DNA from: an uncultured Planctomycetaceae bacterium
GTDB lineage: Bacteria > Planctomycetota > Planctomycetia > Isosphaerales > Isosphaeraceae
Direction of reading: 5' to 3'
NCBI GenBank assembly: GCA_963833985.1
Contig: CAWIAD010000001.1
Span: forward strand, 1-64,000
DNA: 64,000 nucleotides
This document shows, one piece after another, positions 1 through 8,384 of this stretch (within the stretch, counting starts at the first letter, position 1; every line of letters starts with the position of its first letter). The notes beneath the pieces are model-generated. The model did no database searches, was not told the origin of the DNA, and saw only the letters and a program-made list of their open reading frames with translations. A program made the translations under genes and the position numbers.

Positions 1-1
1 C

Positions 2-583
2 ATCTACATGCGACGATTTGTGAAGGGATGGAAGACTGGTGGACACGAGCGGCGTCTGGTCGCGCGAATCGTCAACTATGCGGACGACTTCGTCATCTGC
101 TGTCGCGGCACGGCCGAAGAGGCCATGACGGTGATGCGGAAGATGATGTCCAGGCTGAAGTTAACGGTGAACGAGACCAAGACGCGGCTGTGCCACCTGC
201 CTGAGGAGACGTTCGACTTTCTGGGTTATACCCTCGGCCGGAACTACGACCGACGAACGGGCCGATCCTACATAGGGTCACGCCCATCGCGGAAGAAGAT
301 CATTCGGCTGTGCAGCGAGATCAGTGCGATGACGATGCGCCAGACCACTGGACAGGACGTCGAGATGCAGATTGGTCGGATCAATCGCAAGTTACGCGGT
401 TGGTCCAACTATTTTCGCATCGGAACGGTGAGCCCAGCCTATCGCCAAGTCAACCACCACGTCCGCTACCGGGTACGTCAGTGGTTGTGTGCGAAGTTCA
501 AGGTGCCGGGTCAGGGGCTCAGACGCTACCCTGACAGATACCTGCACCAGGAGTTGCATCTTTACCAGCTGCAACGAACCTAG
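2..583 (+). CDS. ltrA: Group II intron reverse transcriptase/maturase, 5'-truncated by window edge
   Basis: YADD (IVNYADDFVI), LTVNETKT, FDFLGY and maturase X motif INRKLRGWSNYF; no HNH endonuclease domain. Confidence 0.95.
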   Translation: MYMRRFVKGWKTGGHERRLVARIVNYADDFVICCRGTAEEAMTVMRKMMSRLKLTVNETKTRLCHLPEETFDFLGYTLGRNYDRRTGRSYIGSRPSRKKIIRLCSEISAMTMRQTTGQDVEMQIGRINRKLRGWSNYFRIGTVSPAYRQVNHHVRYRVRQWLCAKFKVPGQGLRRYPDRYLHQELHLYQLQRT

Positions 584-641
584 CCGCGATGGTTTCGTGA
601 GCGAACGTGTGAACTCAACCGATGAGACAAGCCTTGTCCGA

Positions 642-747
642 AAGCTGGATGCGGGAAAACCGCCCGTCCAGTTTGATGAGCGGGGTGTGGAAACGAGGCC
701 CAGCCGAGCCATCGACTCGAGCCCACCGCGCCACACCTCGACTCTAC
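642..747 (+). ncRNA. Group II intron catalytic domains V and VI
   Basis: DV AAGCTGGAT-GCGG-GAAAA-CCGC-CC-GTCCAGTTT with AGC triad at 643-645; DVI stem GAG-CGGGGTGTGG / CCACACCTCG-A-CTC. Confidence 0.92.
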
Positions 748-748
748 T

Positions 749-942
749 TCGTGCCACTTCTTCGATCTGATGGATCAGGGAAGGCACGATTGGAATCGTA
801 GCCCACGAGGAGAGCATCCGGCCGCTTTTCGTGGGCCACGATCCCCGATCGTGTCACTTTTTCCATCTGATGAACCAGAAATGGCACGATCGGAATCGTA
901 CCCCACGAGAATCGAATGGCACGATTGGAATCGTACCCCACG
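749..942. repeat. REP-like palindrome cluster (unit GGCACGATYGGAATCGTASCCCACG)
   Basis: Copies at 783-807, 883-907 and 918-942, inverted copy at 830-856, partial inverted copy at 749-756; internal hairpin ACGATT-GG-AATCGT with a GTGG foot on the opposite strand. Confidence 0.85.
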
Positions 943-1020
943 GGGAGAGCGGCCAGGCAGGGCTCTCAGCCCCTGGCAAGCGAACGGCAATCCTGTCCAG
1001 AGACTTCCGCGGGTCTGCTG

Positions 1021-1144
1021 AGGTCGGTTTTCTGACGGGTTGCAAGCAGTTTCTGAGATCTAGGAAAGGGGGGGCAGACATTCCTGTCTGCCAGGGCAGG
1101 CCTGCCCCCCGGTCTCAGTCTGCGATCCGAGTGAAAACCGCTCC
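1021..1144. mobile_element. MITE-like dispersed element carrying a REP-like hairpin
   Basis: Terminal inverted repeats CGGTTTTC (1025-1032) and GAAAACCG (1133-1140); internal GGCAGACA-TTCC-TGTCTGCC; homologous to 53142-53223. Confidence 0.65.
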
Positions 1145-1233
1145 AGGTCGGCATTGGGAAACAGACAAGGTGGAAGGACGCAGACTGGGCGCTCGTTCCG
1201 CTGGTGCGCGTTGGCTGCCACGGACCGCCCGGC

Positions 1234-1560
1234 TTACTTACCGGGTTCCATGGGCTCCTTGACGGCACGCAGAAAGTGCGGGCCCTTGCCCTTGGCCTTG
1301 AGTGTGGCGATGTGCGCCTCGGCCTCGGCCTTCTGGGCGTATTCGAAGCTGGCGATGGTCCGCCCGCCCATGTCGCAGACGGCCCAGACCATACGCATCC
1401 GTGGACCGGAGACGGGCTTGGTGCGTGCGGCGGGCGCAGACGCGGTGTCACGCGCAGGCTTGTTGCGCGGGCGCGACTCGGCGGGCGTGTTCAGCCCGCG
1501 TGCCTCGGCAGCTTCCGCGGCTGCCCGCAGTTCGTGGCGGTTGAGTGTGCGTCGAGCCAT
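1234..1560 (-). CDS. Small basic hypothetical protein
   Basis: ORF MARRTLNRHEL...PHFLRAVKEPME with protein-like composition. Confidence 0.65.
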   Translation of the reverse strand: MARRTLNRHELRAAAEAAEARGLNTPAESRPRNKPARDTASAPAARTKPVSGPRMRMVWAVCDMGGRTIASFEYAQKAEAEAHIATLKAKGKGPHFLRAVKEPMEPGK

Positions 1561-1732
1561 GGATGATCGGTTCCTGGGCAAGCGAGCCGCATCAGGCCTT
1601 CCTTGCCGACGCGGCCCGGTCGATCAATCGGGTGCCTGCGAGATCCAGTGTTGAATGATGAAAGTGGATACCAGAACGACCCTGCGACGCAAGAGCAAGA
1701 CCGTCGAAATACGCACGCTGGCTCGTAGTCGC

Positions 1733-2725
1733 TCAAACGACCTTCGATCGATCGAGCAGTTCGGCCGGCAGCCGGTAGACGGTGGAGTGGTCGGTAACCA
1801 GGAAGCCGAGCGACTGGTACAGGGCCAGCGCCGGGCGATTCTCCTCCGCGGTCTGCACCTCCACCATGCTCAGTCCATGCTCGCGCGCCCACCGCAGAAT
1901 CTCGGAGACGAGGTATTCGCCATACCCCTGGCGCCGGTGGTCCGCGGAAACCAGCAGGCTGCAAATGCCCACCCGGGCGCGTCCGTCGCTGCGGCCGAAC
2001 CAGCTCATGTCCCAGATGTCGGCCCGGGCCAGCTCAGCAGAATCGCTGCGTGCCAGGAGCCGGAACCGGGTCAGGCGGAACTGGCTCAGTGCCTGGTTTT
2101 GCCACCAGTTCACGGGCATCGCGTCTTCTTCGAACTGGAGTTCCGTTTGCCTGCGGATCAGGACGCCGCGCGGATCACGCGGTTCGGCCCGGTCCAGGCC
2201 GTACTCCAGTGACACGGTCAACCCGGCTGGCTGGTAGCCCAGCGCCACCAGGTGACGGTGGAAATCGGTGTGGCGAGACGGCACGCCTGACCCCTCGGAG
2301 CCACCGTAGATTCCCCAGTAGTAGGGATTGAGCGGAAACTGGCCGCCACCGTAGAGCACCTGGGCACCACGGCTGCGGAGATAGCGTTCGGCCTGGAGGA
2401 CCAGGGTGCCAGGGAGCGCGGGGTCGTCGGCATCGTCGTCGATCGCCAGCATGGCGATGGTGCCCAGGCTCGAATCGAGGCGGAACGGCACCGTCGATTC
2501 CACGGGCAGGTCGGGGCCGAACCCCGCATGGACGAAACCGACCAGCCGGTCGTCACGCTCGGCCACGATCAGTCCCGCCCGATCAAAATGGACGGTGCCA
2601 AATGCATGGAGGTCCAGTTCGTGCACCCGGAGGGGCCGCGCGGCACCAGCGCTGGGAATCGTCCGGTTCCAGAGTGCCACCAGGGCCGGCGGATCGGAAT
2701 TGCGAAAAGGACGATAGCGGATCAC
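1733..2725 (-). CDS. Tandem GNAT-family N-acetyltransferase
   Basis: RRQGYG acetyl-CoA motif and NRPALALYQSLGF; GTG start at VIRYRPFRN inferred. Confidence 0.85.
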   Translation of the reverse strand: MIRYRPFRNSDPPALVALWNRTIPSAGAARPLRVHELDLHAFGTVHFDRAGLIVAERDDRLVGFVHAGFGPDLPVESTVPFRLDSSLGTIAMLAIDDDADDPALPGTLVLQAERYLRSRGAQVLYGGGQFPLNPYYWGIYGGSEGSGVPSRHTDFHRHLVALGYQPAGLTVSLEYGLDRAEPRDPRGVLIRRQTELQFEEDAMPVNWWQNQALSQFRLTRFRLLARSDSAELARADIWDMSWFGRSDGRARVGICSLLVSADHRRQGYGEYLVSEILRWAREHGLSMVEVQTAEENRPALALYQSLGFLVTDHSTVYRLPAELLDRSKVV

Positions 2726-2771
2726 GGAAGTCGGCCGCGCTTTCTGGGCGGATACAGTGGGTACACCGGCG

Positions 2772-3080
2772 TCAGGGGACGGCGACAAGCACGTCCTGAC
2801 CTTCAATACGAACTTCATAGACAGGTTGCTTGATTCTTGGACCCAGCGGCGTCTTGCCGGTCTTGAGATCGAACTGCCAGCCGTGCCAGGGGCAAGTGAC
2901 CGTGGTTCCGGCCACCGGCCCATCGACGAGCGGACCTCCCTGGTGCGGGCAGATGGCGTCGATCGCCAGGATCTCTCCCTCGACGTTGAAGAGCCCGTAG
3001 ACGCGGCCCTCGAATTCCACCTCCTGGGCCGCTCCCTCGGGTAGGTCTCCCAGGGTCGCCATCTTCACGAACCGTGCCAT
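2772..3080 (-). CDS. Rieske [2Fe-2S] ferredoxin
   Basis: CPHQG...CPWHGWQF Rieske motifs. Confidence 0.92.
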   Translation of the reverse strand: MARFVKMATLGDLPEGAAQEVEFEGRVYGLFNVEGEILAIDAICPHQGGPLVDGPVAGTTVTCPWHGWQFDLKTGKTPLGPRIKQPVYEVRIEGQDVLVAVP

Positions 3081-3267
3081 ACCTCTCTCCCTCCACCCAC
3101 AGCCCGGCGGCTCAAGTCGTCGCAGACTCCCCCAGGCATTCACCAACACGACATCCCTTGAACTTACTCTATCAGACCGCTGGCAGTCCGGAAATCGGCT
3201 GCACGGGGACGGCCGCGAGACGAAGGGGCCCGCTCTGCCTAGAGTATTCCTGGGAGATCGAGGCAAG

Positions 3268-4932
3268 GTGTCGGACCGGCGGCCGCGACGCTCACCGCGC
3301 GGTCGCCGAAGCGTCGATGGGAGTCTGCTGGTGTACGACCTGGTGGTGGTCGGTGGCGGAATGGGCGGGTTGGCGACGGCGGCCCTGGCGCAGCGGATGG
3401 GCCTGCGCACCGCATTGCTGGAAGCGCATACCAGGCTTGGCGGCTGCGCGGGTTACTTCCAGCGTGGGCCTTTCACCTTCGACGCGGGCGCGACGGCTCT
3501 CATGGGTCTGCGGCCCGGCGAACCGCTGGCCGGCCTGCGCGATGTCCTGGGGCTCGATTTTCAAGCCGTGACCACGCCGGCCTACCGCGTGGTGCTGCCG
3601 GATCGCGAGGTCGAGATGGTGGCTGATGCCGGCCGGCTGGAGTGCGAGATGGCACGAGCCTTCCCGCAGGTCGGACGCCGGGAAAGCGCCCTGCGTTTCT
3701 TCTGGAAGCTGCAAGCCGCCGTGGGAAACGAACTGTTCCGGGCCGCGGCAGCGATTCCGCGGCTGCCGGTTCGCGGACCGGGCGACCTGCTGCACGATGC
3801 ACGAATTCTGGGTGTCCGGGGAATGCTGGCAGCCGGCACCGCGGCACTCACCGTGCAGGACATGCTGCGTTTGCTGGGTCTTGATCGGGACGTGCCTTTT
3901 CGCGCACTGATCGCCATGCTGCTGCAAGATACCGCGCAGGCCGGACCGGAAAGCGTGCCGTTTGCCAACGCCGCGGCCTGCCTGCAAGCGTACCGTCTGG
4001 GAATGAGCCGCCCCCGAGGCGGCATGCGGGCACTGGCGGAGGGCATCGGGCAAGCCTTTGCCGGCCTGGGGGGCGACCTGCGGACCGCGACACTCGTGGA
4101 CCGGATCGAGCACGCGGGAACCGACGGGACGAGCGGCAGCGGCCAGCCGGGCTTTGTCGTGGTGACGCGGCGCCGCGAGCGAATGCTAGCGCGCCAGGTG
4201 GCCCTCAACCTGCCGCTGGACCTGGCGGCCCGGTTGCTGGCACGGCCGCTCGTGGACCGTCTCGCCCGGCGCGAGCGGAGTTCCCGGGCGGCCTGGAGCG
4301 CCTGCACCGGTTATGTCGCCCTCGACCGCCGCGCCGTCGCCGACGACGCGCCGTTGTTCCACCAGGTGCTCCAGTCCTACGACGAGCCGATCCACGAAGG
4401 CAACAACGTGCTGGTATCGCTGTCGCCGCCGGACGATGAGGCCTATGGACCACCGCACTGCCGCATCGTCACGCTCTCGACGCATACGCGTCCGTCCGGC
4501 TGGCAAGGTCTCGATCACGAGGCTTACCAGGTCAGGAAGCAGCATTATCGGCACCTCCTCACGAAGGCGCTCGTGCGGGCCTTGCCGGACGCCGGTTCAG
4601 CGCTCGTGCATGCTGAGTTCGCCTCGCCGCAGAGCTTTCTGCGCTACACCCGGCGCACGGCAGGGGCCGTGGGTGGACCGCCGGTCTCGCGCTTCAACAG
4701 CAACTTCCTGGCCGTCGGCTGCGACGTCTTCGGGCCAGGAGTCTGGCTGGTCGGCGACTCGGTTTTCCCGGGGCAGGGTACGATGGCCACGGTGATGTCG
4801 GCAATCCGCGTGGTCGAGCGCATCACGCGTTTGCCCTGGTCGAGCATCAAGGCCACGAGCCCGCACGCACGGGAAACCGGTCAGCTCCGCGACCCAAGCA
4901 TCGGCGCACGTTCCTTGCAGCCGCAACCGTAG
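3268..4932 (+). CDS. Phytoene-desaturase-family FAD oxidoreductase (CrtD/CrtI-like); start uncertain
   Basis: VVGGGMGGL Rossmann motif, LGGCAGYF-x-RGPFTFDAGAT, C-terminal LVGDSVFPGQG. Confidence 0.85.
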   Translation: MSDRRPRRSPRGRRSVDGSLLVYDLVVVGGGMGGLATAALAQRMGLRTALLEAHTRLGGCAGYFQRGPFTFDAGATALMGLRPGEPLAGLRDVLGLDFQAVTTPAYRVVLPDREVEMVADAGRLECEMARAFPQVGRRESALRFFWKLQAAVGNELFRAAAAIPRLPVRGPGDLLHDARILGVRGMLAAGTAALTVQDMLRLLGLDRDVPFRALIAMLLQDTAQAGPESVPFANAAACLQAYRLGMSRPRGGMRALAEGIGQAFAGLGGDLRTATLVDRIEHAGTDGTSGSGQPGFVVVTRRRERMLARQVALNLPLDLAARLLARPLVDRLARRERSSRAAWSACTGYVALDRRAVADDAPLFHQVLQSYDEPIHEGNNVLVSLSPPDDEAYGPPHCRIVTLSTHTRPSGWQGLDHEAYQVRKQHYRHLLTKALVRALPDAGSALVHAEFASPQSFLRYTRRTAGAVGGPPVSRFNSNFLAVGCDVFGPGVWLVGDSVFPGQGTMATVMSAIRVVERITRLPWSSIKATSPHARETGQLRDPSIGARSLQPQP

Positions 4933-5726
4933 ATCGAGCAGCCGCCGACATACTCCCAGCATTCGCCGTGGTGGGGGGTGTGGCAACTGGCGCAGAGGGC
5001 CACCGGGCCGCCGTTGATGGGCTCAAGGCAGACCTTGCACACCGGCGGCCCGAGCGTCTCGACATCCCTCTCGGATGGGGCCACGATCTGGATCCCCTGG
5101 CGCATCCGCCGGCTCACCCCGAGCTGCAACCCGTCGTGAATGGTGAGCGCTTCGTGGACCGCCTGGCAGAGGGCCTCGGAGCTCTGGCCGAGGTTCCGAT
5201 CGATCTGCACCAGCAGGCGTTCCGGATTGATCGAGATGAGTATGCCCCCGGCATGGACCAGTTGCTGGAGGCTGGCGATGGCGGCCCGAACCGGCGGACT
5301 GAGGAAATCACGCGCCATCTCGACGTCGTTCGCCTGCACAAGGAAGGCGTGATCGAACTCGCGATCGCCCGAGCGGACGTTCTGGGTGCCTCGGGGTGGT
5401 TGCGTGGGAGCGGGACGCGTGACCGGGGCGAGCTCGAGCCGGAAGGGGATTCCGGCCCGGAACCGCGCCACCACGCGGGTGCGCGGGCTCGCGGCCTGGC
5501 CGGGGATATTAGGGGCAAGTCCCACGCGCACGGCCGTGCCGTTGTGTTGAAAACTGACCGTGGGCGGGTCGCTCAGCCCGCGGCTCTCGTAGCGGCCCCC
5601 GTGCCGGTGCGCGAGCTGCCGGTACGCCCGGTAGCGTGCGCCGGTCATCCAGGTGTTGAAGGATGCGAGCACCCGGATGACTGCGTAGATGAAGACGACG
5701 ATCAGGGCCAGTACGACGAGTTCCAT
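4881..5726 (-). CDS. Membrane-anchored protein with C-terminal prokaryotic RING finger
   Basis: N-terminal TM helix; CKVC...CASCHTPHHGECWEYVGGCSIYGC matches the Prok-RING_1 pattern. Confidence 0.85.
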   Translation of the reverse strand: MELVVLALIVVFIYAVIRVLASFNTWMTGARYRAYRQLAHRHGGRYESRGLSDPPTVSFQHNGTAVRVGLAPNIPGQAASPRTRVVARFRAGIPFRLELAPVTRPAPTQPPRGTQNVRSGDREFDHAFLVQANDVEMARDFLSPPVRAAIASLQQLVHAGGILISINPERLLVQIDRNLGQSSEALCQAVHEALTIHDGLQLGVSRRMRQGIQIVAPSERDVETLGPPVCKVCLEPINGGPVALCASCHTPHHGECWEYVGGCSIYGCGCKERAPMLGSRS

Positions 5727-5873
5727 GTTGGGCCACGGATTCCCGGATGAGCCCGCCTGAGCGCCTCCAGCCGGCCGGAACGTCCAGGGCCGGAGACCCG
5801 GCGCTCGATGGCACCAGGATCACGATGAGTTTACGGACGCGGCTGCTCGTCGTGCAACGAGAGATTGGCGTGC

Positions 5874-6677
5874 TCACGGCCCGGCGTGCTCGGGGCTTGG
5901 CGCGCGGGAACGGGGCGGAGCGGCCGGGACGTCGTCCGCGGCCAGGGCGAGCGCCGCGACATAGCCCGGCCGGGGCTCTGTTTCCCAGAGCTCCCAGTCG
6001 CCGACCCGCGGCCGCGGGGCGACCGGCGAGAACGTGCTGGCCAGGGCTGCGGTGCCGAACATGGTCTCGTACGCGGTGGCCAGGCCGGCGAGGCCCACCC
6101 CCTTGGCCTTGAGGATGGCCTCCTTTCGTGTCCAGCCGCGCAGGAATGCCGTGTCGCGACCTTCCGGCGTGATGGCCGCGAACTGGGCCTGCTCCGCGGC
6201 CGTGAAATATGATGTGACGATCCGCGCCGCCTCGGAGATGGTCCGGACCCGCTCAATGTCGACGCCGAGCTGCCGGTCGCGGCTGACCGCGATCAGGGCG
6301 AGCTCGTCGGAATGCGTGACGTTGAAGTGCACGCCGAGCGCGCCGCGTTGCGATAGCTCCGGCTTGCCGCCGGCACCGAACCGAAACGAGACGGCCTGGG
6401 GTGGGACGTGGCTCAGCAGACCGAGGATCACGCGCAGCGATCCGCGGCAGACGGCGAACCGCCGCCCGTCGCGGGGCCGGATGAACCGCCGCGCTCGCGC
6501 CTGTTCCTCGTCACACAGGAAGCGCCAGTCGGGCAGCCGGACGAGGTCGTCGCAGCCGGGCTCGGGGTCGAGGTCTACCCGCAAGACCCACGTCTCTCCT
6601 GGTCCCGGCCCCGTCAGGGTGGTGTCCGCGGTGTAGTCGAGGAGCTGCGGGGGCCGAGGGCGCACGGGCATGTCCAT
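5874..6677 (-). CDS. Sfp-type 4'-phosphopantetheinyl transferase
   Basis: GKP, FNVTHS, LGVDIE and WTRKEAILKAKGVGL motifs. Confidence 0.92.
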   Translation of the reverse strand: MDMPVRPRPPQLLDYTADTTLTGPGPGETWVLRVDLDPEPGCDDLVRLPDWRFLCDEEQARARRFIRPRDGRRFAVCRGSLRVILGLLSHVPPQAVSFRFGAGGKPELSQRGALGVHFNVTHSDELALIAVSRDRQLGVDIERVRTISEAARIVTSYFTAAEQAQFAAITPEGRDTAFLRGWTRKEAILKAKGVGLAGLATAYETMFGTAALASTFSPVAPRPRVGDWELWETEPRPGYVAALALAADDVPAAPPRSRAPSPEHAGP

Positions 6678-6736
6678 ACATCTTCTTGTACTCGAACCGC
6701 CGCCCGGCACGCAAAGGGGCAAAACCTGTACGGGTC

Positions 6737-6764
6737 TTGACGCCGGCCTTCTTGATGGAACAAT
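6737..6764 (+). promoter_or_regulatory. Possible sigma70 promoter for the methyltransferase gene
   Basis: TTGACG-16 nt-AACAAT in a divergent intergenic region. Confidence 0.4.
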
Positions 6765-6916
6765 CTCTCCAAGGGTCGGGACGCTCACGCGGACCGAAGA
6801 AAACAGCCACGCCGGCGGCTGCCCTCTTGGTGGACCGGCCCGATCATGGTTTATTACCAGCCAGAGGATGCAGGAGCCCCTGGGCCCGCATGGCCCGCAA
6901 GCGGAGGGAGTAAGCA

Positions 6917-7729
6917 ATGCCCGCATGGCGGCTAAGGCAAGCGCTGATCGTCCTGGTGGGAAGCGGTTGTGTCGCTCAAGCGGCCGTCTGGACCCAGCCG
7001 CCTGCCGCCCCTGCCCCTGCCCCTGCCGCGAAGCAGGAGCACTCCGCTGGCAGCAAGGTTGACCCCCGGATCAATGCTCCCTTTCAGAAGCCCAGGGTGA
7101 AGGATTACGTGGCGCGGTTTGAATCCGAGGACCGCGAGGTCTACGCCCGGCGCCGCGAGATCGTGGCGACTCTGGAGCTGAAGCCGGGCATGGCCGTGGC
7201 CGACATCGGGGCGGGTACGGGACTCTTCACGCGTCTTTTCGCCGACGCGGTGGGGCCCACGGGAAAGGTCTTCGCCGTCGATATCTCGCAGGAGTTTCTC
7301 GGCCATATCGCCGCGGAGGCCCGGAAGCGCGGGCAGCCCTGGATCCAGACGATTCAGGGAAATCAGCAGACGACCAACCTGGCGGCCGGGTCCGTGGACG
7401 CCGTCTTCCTCTGCGACGTCTATCACCACCTGGAGAAGCATCAGCAGGTCCTTGCCTCGATTCACCGGGCACTCCGGCCGGGCGGACTTCTGGTCGTCGT
7501 CGAGTTCGACCGGGTGGAGGGCAAGAGCACGCCGTTCGTGCTTAACCACATTCGCGCCAGCCAGCGCGAGTTCCGCCGCGAGATCGAGATGGCCGGGTTC
7601 AACCCGACCCCCTTGCTGGACGGTCCGAAGCTCAAGGAGAACTTCATCGCCAGGTTTCGGAAGGCCGCGGGGCAGAAGGATAAAGACGTGGAAGCTCGCG
7701 GCAAGACCGTTTCCGGCGCGCACCTCTGA
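6917..7729 (+). CDS. Class I SAM-dependent methyltransferase with signal peptide
   Basis: VADIGAGTG, VFAVDI, ALRPGG; hydrophobic N-terminus and Pro/Ala linker. Confidence 0.9.
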   Translation: MPAWRLRQALIVLVGSGCVAQAAVWTQPPAAPAPAPAAKQEHSAGSKVDPRINAPFQKPRVKDYVARFESEDREVYARRREIVATLELKPGMAVADIGAGTGLFTRLFADAVGPTGKVFAVDISQEFLGHIAAEARKRGQPWIQTIQGNQQTTNLAAGSVDAVFLCDVYHHLEKHQQVLASIHRALRPGGLLVVVEFDRVEGKSTPFVLNHIRASQREFRREIEMAGFNPTPLLDGPKLKENFIARFRKAAGQKDKDVEARGKTVSGAHL

Positions 7730-7801
7730 AGGTGGGCACCTTCACGAGTGCGCGAGGAGGAAGGGGAGAGGCGAAGAATTGCAGGATCAGTCCGGCCTGG
7801 C

Positions 7802-8227
7802 TCATTGGTCGTGAGGGGTGGTCACGGGCGGATCGTTCTCGATGGATTGACGATAGTTGTGCCAGACTTCAACGAACGCCTGGGTCTCGGCATCACGCCA
7901 GGAGAGGCCAGTCTCCTCCAGCTCGTTGGCACGCTGGCCCCACTGCTGCCGCCACTCGATGGGCCATCCCGCGACGACGCTACGGTATGCCAGCGGGTGG
8001 AATACGGGCGCAGGCGGCCGCCCGGCCAACGAACGCTCCTGGCTCGCCGCGGGGGATCGGCTGGGACGGCGAAAACCGGAACTCCTGGCCGGCGGCTCGA
8101 CCCTCTGGGCATCGCCACCGGCCTCATCCTCGTCCCCGAACTCGATGGAGAGCCTTCCTTGGACACTCCGAACGCGCGACCCGGTCCGGGTCCGCTTCAG
8201 GGTCCGAAGCTCACGCACGGGAGACAC
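7802..8227 (-). CDS. Hypothetical protein
   Basis: Helical Trp-rich C-terminus (WPIEWRQQWGQRANELEETGLSWRDAETQAF); start uncertain. Confidence 0.55.
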   Translation of the reverse strand: MSPVRELRTLKRTRTGSRVRSVQGRLSIEFGDEDEAGGDAQRVEPPARSSGFRRPSRSPAASQERSLAGRPPAPVFHPLAYRSVVAGWPIEWRQQWGQRANELEETGLSWRDAETQAFVEVWHNYRQSIENDPPVTTPHDQ

Positions 8228-8384
8228 CTCCAGACATCATTGCTCGCGTCGACGACTCTCGGTCTCTTGCTCGTGAAACCACATTCATTATTCTAAGACA
8301 CGACCCCCGGCTTCCACCGGTTCACGAAATATTCTCCGTTTTCTCTAATGAAGTACCCATAGCACGCCACTTTGCCAATCTTTT

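Larger units (their letters stand above)
1..747 (+). mobile_element. Group II intron, 3' portion (5' part outside window)
   Basis: RT/maturase ORF followed by domain V (642-674) and domain VI with bulged A741, ending in ACTCTAC at 747. Confidence 0.95.

Noticed and set aside
1..583. RT as a retron, DGR or defence RT
   Set aside because: Maturase X domain and adjacent domains V-VI identify a group II intron
749..942. 25-bp repeats as a mini-CRISPR or attC array
   Set aside because: Both orientations, irregular and related spacers, no cas or integrase gene; fits REP organisation
2772..7729. Rieske, desaturase, PPTase and methyltransferase as a biosynthetic cluster
   Set aside because: Mixed orientations and no carrier protein, synthase or other core enzyme
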